Origin: Candidatus Omnitrophota bacterium
GTDB taxonomy: Bacteria > Omnitrophota > Gorgyraeia > Duberdicusellales > 4484-171
DNA length: 32,000 nt
Direction of reading: 5' to 3'
Assembly: GCA_021735045.1 (NCBI GenBank)
Contig: JAIPHU010000002.1
Coordinates: forward strand, 60,001-92,000
Of this stretch, positions 8,538 to 17,909 are shown piece by piece (position 1 is the stretch's first letter; the number at the start of each line of letters is the position of its first letter). The translations under genes were made by a program, and so were the position numbers. The notes beneath the pieces were generated by a model. That model was not told where the DNA came from, made no database searches, and saw only the letters and a list, made by a program, of their open reading frames with translations.

Positions 8538-9644
8538 ATGGCTGAAGTACGATTTAAAAACATAAACAAAGTATTTAATGCAGATATAACAGCAGTTTCG
8601 GGCCTAGACCTCGAAATAAAAGACAAAGAGTTTGTTGTCTTGCTTGGCCCTTCTGGCTGCGGTAAATCAACAAGCTTAAGGATGCTAGCTGGCTTAGAAA
8701 CCCCTACCTCTGGCGATATTTTTGTTGGTGAAAAAAAGGTCAATGATATGCCGGCTAAAGACAGAGATATCGCAATGGTCTTTCAGAATTATGCGCTTTA
8801 TCCGCATATGGATATTTATAACAATTTAGCTTTTGCTCTTAAGTTACGGCGCTATTCGCGTGATGAGATAAAAAAAAGGGTAAAAGAAGCCGCAGATATT
8901 TTAGGTATTGGCCATCTTCTTGACCGAAAGCCCAAAGAAATTTCTGGAGGTGAGAGGCAAAGAGTGGCTGTAGGTAGAGCCATTGTCAGAAAGCCTCAAG
9001 CATTTCTTTTTGATGAACCACTTAGTAATTTGGATGCAAAGCTTCGTGTTCAGATGAGGACAGAGATTAAAAAACTCCATATAAAGATAAAATCTACAAT
9101 GATCTATGTTACTCACGATCAAACCGAGGCTATGACTTTAGGGGACAGAGTAGCAGTCATGAAAAATGGTAAACTTTTGCAAGTTGATACCCCTTTAGAT
9201 GTCTATGATCAACCGGCTAATAAATTTGTAGCTGGGTTTATTGGATCTCCACCCATGAATTTTGTAGAAGGAATTTTGCGAAAAAAAGATAGTTCGCTCT
9301 ATTTCTTAGAAAAAGATGGATTCCAGATAAAGGTTCCTGAACAGATGCAGCAAAGATTAGAAAATTATATTGAAAAAGAAGTTATTTTGGGGATTCGTCC
9401 CGAGAATTTATATGATAAACTTTTTGCATCTTATGCAACAGTTGATAATACTATTGATGTTACCTGCGATGTGATAGAGACAATGGGTTCTCAAAATCAC
9501 CTGTATCTTACAACTAAAAAACATACAATAATTGCTGTGGTCGATGCTTCTAACAAACCTGCTGTAGGTAGTAGGGTTGAAATAGTATTTGATACTAAAA
9601 AAATCCATTTTTTCGACCCGTCTACAGAAGATACCATTGTATAA
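8538..9644 (+). CDS. MalK/UgpC/MsiK-type sugar ABC transporter ATP-binding protein
   Basis: Walker A GPSGCGKST, Q-loop, signature LSGGERQRVAVGRA, Walker B FLFDEPLSNLDA, H-loop VTHDQ, plus a C-terminal regulatory (TOBE-like) domain. No permease or binding-protein gene is adjacent. Confidence 0.9.
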   Translation: MAEVRFKNINKVFNADITAVSGLDLEIKDKEFVVLLGPSGCGKSTSLRMLAGLETPTSGDIFVGEKKVNDMPAKDRDIAMVFQNYALYPHMDIYNNLAFALKLRRYSRDEIKKRVKEAADILGIGHLLDRKPKEISGGERQRVAVGRAIVRKPQAFLFDEPLSNLDAKLRVQMRTEIKKLHIKIKSTMIYVTHDQTEAMTLGDRVAVMKNGKLLQVDTPLDVYDQPANKFVAGFIGSPPMNFVEGILRKKDSSLYFLEKDGFQIKVPEQMQQRLENYIEKEVILGIRPENLYDKLFASYATVDNTIDVTCDVIETMGSQNHLYLTTKKHTIIAVVDASNKPAVGSRVEIVFDTKKIHFFDPSTEDTIV

Positions 9645-10896
9645 TTTTTTTGTATATTCAATATTAAATTTCCTTATTATTTCTATCCTTACCCTTATAT
9701 TTTTAGGTTTAATCTATCCCTTTTGGGGAATATTTTTCTTATTTATTACCTTAATTTCTTTTTTTGTATTTTATTTTTTTCACAGAAAGTTAATTAGTAA
9801 AAATATAAAAATTATTGATGATTTAGAAGAAAAAATAAATATATTAGAAGATTCTTTAGCCAAGAAGCATAAAGTCCTAAAATACTTGCCTCTAAAGCAA
9901 GAAAAAACTTCTTTTTTAGTTAAGCTTTCTCAAGAGTTGATTGAACTAGACGATCCTCAAGATATTTTTAATTTTTTACTTGATGCCGTTAAAAAGTTAT
10001 TTCCTGATTTTACTTTTGTTTCTTTGTATGAGTTTAACAAAGAAGATCACTCGCTTGAATTGGTTCAATCATTAAAGAAAAAAGAATTGGCGATTAAAGA
10101 AAAACAAGGTAGTGAGATTGAGCGATGGATGATGCGGCAAAATAGTTCTCTTTTAATTGACGATATAAGGAAAGACTTTAGGTTTGACTCTAGTCAGATA
10201 GATGGATTTCTTCAACGGGGATCATTGTCTTTTTTGGCTAGCCCGCTTTCGGTAAAAGGAGATTTTTTTGGAATTATTCGAATTGAAAATAAAGATTCTA
10301 ATTTTTTTTCCTATGAGGATCTAAGATCATTAAGTAATATCTGTGATTTGGGAGCTATTGTGCTCGAACGTGCAAGATTGATAAGAAGAGTTCAAGAGTT
10401 GGCCACAACTGACTCACTTACTTCTTTATCTTTGCGGAATTATTTTTCCGAACAGGTAAAAGTCGAGTTAAACCGAGCCAAAAACTCTGGATCTAAAGCG
10501 GGGCTGATTATGTTTGATGTAGATGACTTTAAAAATGTAAATGATACACATGGGCATATGGTAGGCGACCTGGTTCTTAAAAAACTTGCAAAAATTTTAA
10601 AGAAGCTTGAGAAAAATCCTCAAACTACTGTTTGTCGTTATGGCGGAGAAGAGTTTATGGTATTAGTTGCTGATACCAACAAGGAAGAACTTTTAAAAAT
10701 TGCTGAAGGTGTGCGGAGAGAAGCCTTTAATTCCGTAGTTTCTTATCGGAGGAATAAAGTTAATTTTACAATATCCGGGGGGATAGCTATCTATCCTGAT
10801 GATGAAAATGATTTTGATAAAATATTTAATTTGGTTGATAAAACTATGTATCGGGCAAAAAAAGAGGGTAAAAACAAGATATGTTCTTTTTCCTAA
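9589..10896 (+). CDS. Membrane-anchored GAF-GGDEF diguanylate cyclase
   Basis: Two N-terminal hydrophobic helices, a GAF-like middle region and a GGDEF domain with an intact RYGGEEF active site. There is no RxxD I-site at the usual position. The tracked start is TTG 9589, 56 nt inside the ABC gene, so the start is uncertain. Confidence 0.82.
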   Translation: MILKKSIFSTRLQKIPLYNFFVYSILNFLIISILTLIFLGLIYPFWGIFFLFITLISFFVFYFFHRKLISKNIKIIDDLEEKINILEDSLAKKHKVLKYLPLKQEKTSFLVKLSQELIELDDPQDIFNFLLDAVKKLFPDFTFVSLYEFNKEDHSLELVQSLKKKELAIKEKQGSEIERWMMRQNSSLLIDDIRKDFRFDSSQIDGFLQRGSLSFLASPLSVKGDFFGIIRIENKDSNFFSYEDLRSLSNICDLGAIVLERARLIRRVQELATTDSLTSLSLRNYFSEQVKVELNRAKNSGSKAGLIMFDVDDFKNVNDTHGHMVGDLVLKKLAKILKKLEKNPQTTVCRYGGEEFMVLVADTNKEELLKIAEGVRREAFNSVVSYRRNKVNFTISGGIAIYPDDENDFDKIFNLVDKTMYRAKKEGKNKICSFS

Positions 10897-11843
10897 TTTT
10901 AGTTATACTGCTAGGGGTATTTTTCTGGATGTTGATCAAGGAATATCAACTTGAAAAAAAACAATTTAAATCGAGTAAAAAAGAGCTAATTGAAAAAGTT
11001 GAAAAATTAGAAAAAGGAGAAGGCGAATTAAAGAAAAAAATTAAAGATTTTGATAAAAAAACTTCTCAGCTTTTTGCATTTTATGATACGGCTCGATTAG
11101 TTTCTTCTCTTGTTGATAAAAAAGAATTAGAATCTGCTTTTATTGATAAGTTAAGTTCTTTAGAAGGTATAGACAAGATAAGTTTATCCAAACTTGAAGG
11201 GCCAAACTGTCACCGGTTTAAGATTAACCAAGATAACAATTACCTGTATTTGGATACTCAATCACCCAATATCTTTGGCCTTTTCCCGCTTTTTGCAAAA
11301 CTATTTACTGTATCCTTAGAAAGGTTAGAACTTTATAACCGCCTTCAGGAGTTATCAATACGTGATTATCTTACTGGTGTTTATAATCGCCGTTTTTTTA
11401 ATCAGAGAGTAGAAGAAGAATTTTTGCGATCAAAAAAATTAAAAAATAAACTGTCTTTTCTAATGATTGACATAGATGATTTTAAAAAAATAAATGATAC
11501 CTATGGCCATTTAGTAGGTGATGCTGTTTTAGAAAGGTGTAGTGCTTTGATCTCTGAAGGTGTACGCCAAATTGATTTTGTGGGACGACTCGGCGGGGAA
11601 GAGTTTGGTGTATTGCTGACTGATACTGACAAAGCGGGTGCGATTATGGTTTCTGAAAGAATATGCTCTCGAATCTCTCAAGAAAAAATAAAAGTGTTTG
11701 ATGAAAGTTTAAATATGACTGTGAGCATAGGCGTAGCTACATATCCTTCAAACACAATTTATATGGATTTATTTACTGAAATTGCCGATAAAGCACTTTA
11801 CCGGGCTAAAGCCGCTGGCAAAGATAGAGTTTCTTGGTTCTAA
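10881..11843 (+). CDS. Membrane-anchored GGDEF diguanylate cyclase
   Basis: One N-terminal TM helix, a K/E coiled coil, and a GGDEF domain (DYLTGVYNRR, RLGGEEF) with an RxxD I-site (RQID) five residues upstream. Overlaps the previous gene by 16 nt. Confidence 0.85.
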   Translation: MFFFLILVILLGVFFWMLIKEYQLEKKQFKSSKKELIEKVEKLEKGEGELKKKIKDFDKKTSQLFAFYDTARLVSSLVDKKELESAFIDKLSSLEGIDKISLSKLEGPNCHRFKINQDNNYLYLDTQSPNIFGLFPLFAKLFTVSLERLELYNRLQELSIRDYLTGVYNRRFFNQRVEEEFLRSKKLKNKLSFLMIDIDDFKKINDTYGHLVGDAVLERCSALISEGVRQIDFVGRLGGEEFGVLLTDTDKAGAIMVSERICSRISQEKIKVFDESLNMTVSIGVATYPSNTIYMDLFTEIADKALYRAKAAGKDRVSWF

Positions 11844-11846
11844 TAA

Positions 11847-11881
11847 AGTCAATAGTCCAGAGTCAATAGATCATAGAATCA
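11847..11881. repeat. Degenerating heptamer array AGTCAAT/AGTCCAG/AGTCAAT/AGATCAT/AGAATCA
   Basis: Read directly, starting 4 nt after the GGDEF-2 stop. AGTCAATAG occurs twice, at 11847-11855 and 11861-11869. Confidence 0.7.
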
Positions 11882-11920
11882 GTTTTTGCAACAAGCAGAA
11901 AGAAGTGGCTGAGATAAATA

Positions 11921-11948
11921 TTGCAAAATAAAGATAATTATGGATAAT
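11921..11948 (+). promoter_or_regulatory. Candidate promoter for the PGI-like/pta/ackA block
   Basis: -35 TTGCAA (11921-11926), 16-nt spacer, -10 GATAAT (11943-11948). SD AAAGGAG precedes ATG 11984. Confidence 0.35.
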
Positions 11949-11983
11949 GTAGCTTTTATTTTTAAAAAAGGAGTTGGGGTTGC

Positions 11984-13414
11984 ATGGAAAATTTAGAAAG
12001 ATATTTATTAGAAGCAGCTGGAAAAGCCAGGGATGAAATTTCGAGTGAAAATCCTTATCGAGAAATAGCTTTTGACGGTGAAAGTCCACGCTTAGGCTGG
12101 GTTGAGCCGGTTAATTTTGGCAAGATTAAATCTCTGCTTGAATCGATTTTGCCGCTTGTTTCTGAAAAAGAAAATTTTATCTTTATTGGCATGGGGGGCT
12201 CAATTAACGGAATAAAACCTCTTTTGTCTGTATTTAAACAAACTAATTTTTTCACTTTAGACAATCTAGATCCAAAAGCGATAAATGATATTTTATCTCA
12301 AATTAATAATCCATCTAAAACTTTAGTAGTTGCGATTTCAAAGTCAGGTACTACTCCTGAAACTCAGTTGTTAGCCCAGACAGTAAAAAGCTATTTTACT
12401 GATCAGTTAGGTTTAGATAAATGGTCTCAGAATTTTCTTTGGTTAACAGATCCAGAATCATTTGAAAAGCTGAATCGATTCGGTTGGTCTGGTGTAGAAA
12501 AGATGCCGATTCAACCGAATCAATGCTCTGATATTGGAGGCCGTTTTTCTTCGCCGTTTACGCACATTTTTATCTTACCTTTATTTCTTCTTCTAAACCA
12601 AGATTTCAATAAACTCGAGGAACTTTATTCTCAGTTTATTAATAGTAAAGATAAAATTAGAAAAAGTGCTTATAAAACCATGTTGTCGTTGGGCAGAGAT
12701 TATGATTTTAATTTTTCTCCTACTCTTAAAGGAAAATGGGTAAAAAGTTTTATTCCTTGGATAGCACAGTTGTTTCAAGAGTCGTTGGGTTCTAAAAATT
12801 TAGAAAAGTCGGTAAAAACAATTGTTAATTTTTCTGGGCCTGGTTTTATCAACTTAGAGGCAGATTTCGGTTTTAGTCAACCAGTTTTATCAATTATGGC
12901 TCAGATGTATTTTTACCAACTTTTTATTGCTTATCTGTCTGGTAGATGGGATATTAACTTTGTAAGTCAAGAATTTGTGGAAAAATATAAGAAAAAAATG
13001 CGTTTACTTGAAGAAAAAAACGAAACCATGACTGATTTAGCAGAAGGTAATCTAGACGGTTTGATTGCCCAGATTGGTAAAAAAATAAAAAATAGACAGC
13101 GTTTTATAGAACTAGTTTTTTATTTTGTTCCAGATCAAGAATTTAGTTTATCGGTTCAGAGAGGGCTTGAGAGGAAATTTAGCCAAAAAATAGTTCTTAC
13201 TTTTGTGGGAAGTGACTGGAACCATCAATGTTATCAAGCTGCTTTTGCTGATAAAAATACTTTTTATGGTTTAATTTGCCTTTCGTCCTACGATCATACT
13301 GATTTTGCCTCAAGAGATAAGATTGATAAAAACGTAAAAACCTTAAGACATATTGCTTTAGCTACATATCAGACATTATCTGATAAGGCCGTTTTATATA
13401 ATTTTAATAGATAA
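11984..13414 (+). CDS. pgi: Glucose-6-phosphate isomerase-like SIS-domain protein (divergent)
   Basis: FIGMGGSINGIKPL, VVAISKSGTTPETQ and DIGGRFSS match PGI signature 1. The QESLGSK segment resembles the catalytic ES.GK region. The C-terminal PGI signature 2 is poorly matched. Confidence 0.6.
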   Translation: MENLERYLLEAAGKARDEISSENPYREIAFDGESPRLGWVEPVNFGKIKSLLESILPLVSEKENFIFIGMGGSINGIKPLLSVFKQTNFFTLDNLDPKAINDILSQINNPSKTLVVAISKSGTTPETQLLAQTVKSYFTDQLGLDKWSQNFLWLTDPESFEKLNRFGWSGVEKMPIQPNQCSDIGGRFSSPFTHIFILPLFLLLNQDFNKLEELYSQFINSKDKIRKSAYKTMLSLGRDYDFNFSPTLKGKWVKSFIPWIAQLFQESLGSKNLEKSVKTIVNFSGPGFINLEADFGFSQPVLSIMAQMYFYQLFIAYLSGRWDINFVSQEFVEKYKKKMRLLEEKNETMTDLAEGNLDGLIAQIGKKIKNRQRFIELVFYFVPDQEFSLSVQRGLERKFSQKIVLTFVGSDWNHQCYQAAFADKNTFYGLICLSSYDHTDFASRDKIDKNVKTLRHIALATYQTLSDKAVLYNFNR

Positions 13415-13432
13415 TTCTTAGAGGAGGATTAA

Positions 13433-14374
13433 ATGCATAAAATAGTTAAAAATCTAAGAGAGCAAGCCAAAAAAAATCCGCGAAAAATTGTTTTTCCGGA
13501 AGCAAATGATGAAAGGATTATTGAAGCGGTTGAATATATCAACAAAGAAAAGATAGCTAATGCCTTATTGCTTACTCACGATAATTTAGAAGTTGAAAAA
13601 CAAGAAAAATATGCAAATATTTTCCACGAAAGGAAGAAGGTGAAGGGAATTAGCTTTGAAGAGGCAAGGGAGCTGATGGAGAATCCCTTATACTATGGGG
13701 CAATGATGGTAAAGTACGATGGTGTAGATGGGTTTGTGGCTGGGGCAAGGTATACTACCTCTTCTGTGATCAAGGCCGCTCTTAACTGTCTTGATCTAGA
13801 TAAAACTGTTGGGACTATATCAAGTTGTTTTATTATTGATGTTCCCAATTGTTTATATGGAGAGGGAGGAACTTTTATCTATGCCGATTGCGGAGTAATA
13901 CCTTATCCTAGTAGTGAACAACTTGCTAATATTTCTATATCTAGTGCGCGCTTTGCCAAAGAAGTTTTGAAAATTATTCCCCGGGTAGCTTTGCTGAGCT
14001 TTTCGACCAAAGGGAGTGCAAAGGGCAGATGGGTTGATAAAATGAAAGATGCAGTAGAAATTGCCAAATCAAAAAATAGCGGTTTTATGATTGACGGTGA
14101 GCTTCAGGGAGATAGCGCTCTAGATCCAAAAGTTGCTTCGCGAAAGTTAGATAAAAGTGATGTCGCAGGAGCAGCTAATGTCTTGGTTTTTCCTAATCTT
14201 GATGCAGGTAATATCTGTTATAAATTAACCCAAAGGCTTGCAAAAGCAAGAGCCATTGGGCCAATTATTTTAGGGACTAAGCAGCCTTGTAGCGACCTAT
14301 CTAGAGGTTGTGAAGTTGATGATATTATAGATTGTGCAGCAGTTACTGTAGTAAGAGCACAGAACAAATCTTAA
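13433..14374 (+). CDS. pta: Phosphate acetyltransferase (short PTA_PTB form)
   Basis: IVFPEANDERIIEA, GFVAGA, GELQGDSALD, VLVFPNLDAGNICYKL. SD GAGGAGG upstream. Confidence 0.88.
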   Translation: MHKIVKNLREQAKKNPRKIVFPEANDERIIEAVEYINKEKIANALLLTHDNLEVEKQEKYANIFHERKKVKGISFEEARELMENPLYYGAMMVKYDGVDGFVAGARYTTSSVIKAALNCLDLDKTVGTISSCFIIDVPNCLYGEGGTFIYADCGVIPYPSSEQLANISISSARFAKEVLKIIPRVALLSFSTKGSAKGRWVDKMKDAVEIAKSKNSGFMIDGELQGDSALDPKVASRKLDKSDVAGAANVLVFPNLDAGNICYKLTQRLAKARAIGPIILGTKQPCSDLSRGCEVDDIIDCAAVTVVRAQNKS

Positions 14375-14395
14375 TAGTTTAAGCTAGCGGTTAAT

Positions 14396-15490
14396 ATGAA
14401 TATTTTAGTTATAAATTCAGGGAGTTCTTCGATTAAATACAAGCTTTTTAGTTTTCCTAAAGAATCTCTTATTGATAAAGGAGAAATTGAAAAAATCGGA
14501 GAAACAAAATCAAAAATAAAAAATCATACTCAAGGTATAGATGAAATAATAAATAAGATTTTAACAAAAAGTAGTCTGAATTCGTTAGAAGATATAGATG
14601 CAGTTGGCCATCGCGTTGTTCATGGAGGAGAAAAATTTAAGCAACCCCATTTAATTAACAAAACAGTAATAAAACAAATTCAAAAGTGTAGTGAGCTTGC
14701 CCCCTTGCACAATCCAGCTAATTTAGCTGGGATAAAGCATTGTCTAAAAAGTTTTCCGACAAATTTTCAAGTTGCAGTTTTTGATACGGCATTTCATCAA
14801 ACTATACCCAGGTCTGGCTATATTTATCCGATTCCCTATAAATATTATAAAAAATATAAAGTTCGCAAATATGGCTTTCATGGCACTTCTCATCAATTTA
14901 TCGCTCAAAAAGCAGCAGTAATTTTAAAAAAGCCTTTAGATAGGTTAAAATTAATAACTGCTCACTTGGGTAATGGTTGTAGCATAACAGCAATAGATAA
15001 AGGCAGATCAGTTGCTACTTCTATGGGGTTTACTCCCCTAGAAGGGTTGATGATGGGGACTCGCTGTGGTGATATTGATGTTGCTGCAATCTTTAATATA
15101 ATGAGAAAAGAGGGTTTGACTATTGACCAAACAGATAAAATTCTCAACAAAAAAAGTGGTTTTTTGGGAGTTTCCGGTATAAGCAATGACTTACGCAGTG
15201 TAGTTAAAGCTGCTAAGGGAGGGAGCCAGCGAGCTAGGTTAGCTATTGATATTTTTATTAATCGCCTTAAAAAATATATTGGTGCATATTTATTTTATTT
15301 AGGCCGAGCTGATGCAGTTTGTTTTACTGGTGGGATTGGCGAAAACAATCCTGATATGGTAAAATCTATAGAAAGAAAGATAAAAAATATTTTTCCGAAA
15401 ACAAAAGTATTAATTATTCCTACAGACGAAGAACTAATGATTGCTAAATTGACTTATCAGTTGTTTATAAAAAATAAGAGAGGAAAATAA
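14396..15490 (+). CDS. ackA: Acetate kinase
   Basis: [73 protein letters not shown]. At 364 aa it is somewhat short for the family. Confidence 0.92.
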   Translation: MNILVINSGSSSIKYKLFSFPKESLIDKGEIEKIGETKSKIKNHTQGIDEIINKILTKSSLNSLEDIDAVGHRVVHGGEKFKQPHLINKTVIKQIQKCSELAPLHNPANLAGIKHCLKSFPTNFQVAVFDTAFHQTIPRSGYIYPIPYKYYKKYKVRKYGFHGTSHQFIAQKAAVILKKPLDRLKLITAHLGNGCSITAIDKGRSVATSMGFTPLEGLMMGTRCGDIDVAAIFNIMRKEGLTIDQTDKILNKKSGFLGVSGISNDLRSVVKAAKGGSQRARLAIDIFINRLKKYIGAYLFYLGRADAVCFTGGIGENNPDMVKSIERKIKNIFPKTKVLIIPTDEELMIAKLTYQLFIKNKRGK

Positions 15491-15491
15491 A

Positions 15492-15845
15492 ATGTTGAGA
15501 GCAATGTTAAAATCAAAGATTAGTTACGCAACGGTAGTAGAATTAAAGTTATATTATAAAGGTAGTATCACCATAGACAAAGAGTTAATGGAAGCCGCAG
15601 ATTTATATGAGGGAGAAAGAGTTGATGTTTTAAATTTAAATAATGGTGTTAGGCTGCAAACTTATGTTATTGCAGGCAAAAGAGGTAGTGGCAATATATG
15701 CTTAAATGGGCCAGCTGCCCGTCAGGGATACAAAGGAGATAAGATAATAATTATTTCTTATGGTTATTATAGCCAAGATGAGGCAAAACAATTATCAACT
15801 AAATTTATTCAGGTAGATGATGAAAACAAAATTAAAAATACATAA
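15492..15845 (+). CDS. panD: Aspartate 1-decarboxylase
   Basis: [10 protein letters not shown]...YKGSITID carries the Gly-Ser self-cleavage site, followed by LNGPAAR. 117 aa is typical for the family. Confidence 0.9.
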   Translation: MLRAMLKSKISYATVVELKLYYKGSITIDKELMEAADLYEGERVDVLNLNNGVRLQTYVIAGKRGSGNICLNGPAARQGYKGDKIIIISYGYYSQDEAKQLSTKFIQVDDENKIKNT

Positions 15846-16320
15846 GTGGCCAGACAAAATACTTAAAAAGAAGTCCAAAGAAATTGAAAATCCGGATCAG
15901 GTCATAGCGGATATTTTAGATCAGATGTATGTTTTGATGAAAGCAACCGATGGAATTGGATTAGCTGCAAATCAAGTTGGTTTGGCTCTGCCGTTGATTG
16001 TTGTTGAGGTCCAAGGCAAGATTTATAAACTTATTAACCCCAAGATTATAAAAAGAGAAGGTTTTGTAGCTTTTAGGGAGGGTTGTTTAAGTTTTCCTGG
16101 TATTGAGTTAGAGATAAAAAGAAATAATAAAATTTGTGTTGAAGCACTAGACCAGAAAGGCAAGCCGGTTTGTTTTGAACCAGAAGGTATATCAGCTGTT
16201 GTTTTTCAGCATGAGATAGATCATATCAATGGAGTAACTTTTATTGATAGAGTTTCGCTTTGGAAAAGATTAAAGATTACCCCCCAGTTAAATAGAATTA
16301 AAAACGGAAAAGTTAAGTGA
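15817..16320 (+). CDS. def: Peptide deformylase
   Basis: Three canonical motifs: [27 protein letters not shown]. The start overlaps the panD 3' end by 26-29 nt (ATG 15817 or 15820). Confidence 0.9.
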   Translation: MMKTKLKIHKWPDKILKKKSKEIENPDQVIADILDQMYVLMKATDGIGLAANQVGLALPLIVVEVQGKIYKLINPKIIKREGFVAFREGCLSFPGIELEIKRNNKICVEALDQKGKPVCFEPEGISAVVFQHEIDHINGVTFIDRVSLWKRLKITPQLNRIKNGKVK

Positions 16321-17249
16321 AAAAAGACCTAGATCTAATAATTGTTGGAGCAGGAATTGCAGGCGTTAATGCAGCTGTTTACGCAAAACGTTCCGGACTT
16401 AATTTTAAAATTTTTGAGTCAGGGTCCGTAGGCGGCCAGCTTTTTTATATGGAAAGAATCGATAACTACTTAGGTATTAAACTAGGAACCAAAGGAAGAG
16501 ACTTAGCCAAGAGCTTAACGGAATCCTTATCTGGTTTAGATATTTCTCTAGATGGTCAAAGAGTAGATAAGATAAAACAACAAAAATATTTATTTGAAGT
16601 CTTAACTGATAAAAGTAAATATGAAAGTAAAGCAATTATTGTAGCAACCGGATCATCATTTAAAAGATTAGGGCTTAAAAGTGAAACTAGATTTTCTGGT
16701 AAAGGGGTTTCTTATTGTGCGGTTTGTGATGGTTTTTTCTTTAAAGGTAAAGATGTAGCAGTTGTTGGTGGAGGAAATACTGCGGTTGAAGAGGCGCTTT
16801 ATTTATCTAATTTTGCAAAATCAGTAACTTTAATTCACAGGCGAGATAAATTAAGAGCTTTAGAGTATTTACAAAAAAGTCTTTATGAGAAAAATAATAT
16901 TAATATTATCTACAATCATACTATAAAAGAAATAGTCGGTGACCATAAAGTTAAAAGCTTAATTCTTGAAGAAACTACAAAGGGCAATAAAAAAGATTTA
17001 GTTTTAGACGGTTTATTTGTTGCTATAGGAGCATCTCCCAACACAGAGTTTTGTCAAGAACTTGTGTCTATTGATAAAAATGGTTTTATTATAACTGATG
17101 ATAAGATGAAAACTTCAAATAATTCTATTTGGGCTTGTGGAGATTGCAGAAGAAGGCCACTTAGACAATTAATCACCGCAGCTTCTGAAGGCGCAATTGC
17201 TTCAATTGAAGTTTACAAATGCCTTCGTCAAAATTACTTGAGTGTGTAG
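16317..17249 (+). CDS. trxB: Thioredoxin-disulfide reductase (low-Mr type)
   Basis: FAD motif VGAGIAG, redox CAVCDG, NADPH motif VVGGGNTAVEEALYL and HRRDKLRA, then GDC near the C-terminus. GTG start overlaps the def stop (GTGA). Confidence 0.87.
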   Translation: MKKDLDLIIVGAGIAGVNAAVYAKRSGLNFKIFESGSVGGQLFYMERIDNYLGIKLGTKGRDLAKSLTESLSGLDISLDGQRVDKIKQQKYLFEVLTDKSKYESKAIIVATGSSFKRLGLKSETRFSGKGVSYCAVCDGFFFKGKDVAVVGGGNTAVEEALYLSNFAKSVTLIHRRDKLRALEYLQKSLYEKNNINIIYNHTIKEIVGDHKVKSLILEETTKGNKKDLVLDGLFVAIGASPNTEFCQELVSIDKNGFIITDDKMKTSNNSIWACGDCRRRPLRQLITAASEGAIASIEVYKCLRQNYLSV

Positions 17250-17309
17250 CGAGATAAGCTCTTGATTTCATCTCTTTTTAAGAATTAACTACAATATAGA
17301 GGGGGTTTT

Positions 17310-17780
17310 ATGTTACAGTTTATCATCGATGGTTACAACTTCGTACATAAAATACCTAAAATTAAAGATTCTTCAACACCTTGTTCAGACCTTCTTTTTC
17401 TTATTTACAAAAATAAATTAACTGGAAGTACCAACAATAGTGTCTGGGTTATTTTTGATGGAGGCCGTCCGCCTTATCCGATAAATAATTTTCAATATAA
17501 GGTTTTGTTTAGTGGAGGCGAGATTGCTGATAATTTAATAATCAAAAAAGTAAAACAAGTTAAAAATAAAAAGCAAATTTTAGTTGTAACTGATGACCGT
17601 CAGCTAGCTTATCGAGCTAAAACTCTGGGGGCAGGGGCTATTTCCGTTAATAAATTTATGTCAAAAGCAAAAAAGAGCCAAAAGAAAGAAAAAACAAAAG
17701 ATATTAGTTACTCCCTGCAAAGAGAGATTACCGAAGAGTTGAAGAAAATTTGGTTAGATAAGGATAATCCTCAAACATGA
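17310..17780 (+). CDS. YacP/Rae1-like NYN-domain ribonuclease
   Basis: IIDGYNFVH, VIFDGG, FSGGEIADNLI and VVTDDRQL follow the order of conserved blocks in B. subtilis YacP (Rae1). SD GAGGGGG upstream. Confidence 0.72.
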   Translation: MLQFIIDGYNFVHKIPKIKDSSTPCSDLLFLIYKNKLTGSTNNSVWVIFDGGRPPYPINNFQYKVLFSGGEIADNLIIKKVKQVKNKKQILVVTDDRQLAYRAKTLGAGAISVNKFMSKAKKSQKKEKTKDISYSLQREITEELKKIWLDKDNPQT

Positions 17781-17795
17781 GGTATCTACAAGAAA

Positions 17796-17882
17796 TACGT
17801 TCGTATCTCATCTACGAATTTACTAATCTATACGAATTTACGAATTTTTATATCTTATTCGTATATTCGTAAAAGATTCGTA
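17796..17882. repeat. TACGAAT / ATTCGTA direct-plus-inverted repeat array
   Basis: TACGAAT at 17813, 17831 and 17839. ATTCGTA at 17857, 17865 and 17876. A fused TACG-TTCGTA lies at 17796-17805. Positions 17831-17845 pair with 17857-17871 at 14 of 15 positions. Confidence 0.85.
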
Positions 17883-17909
17883 ATTTGTTGATAATATTGT
17901 TTTAATAAT

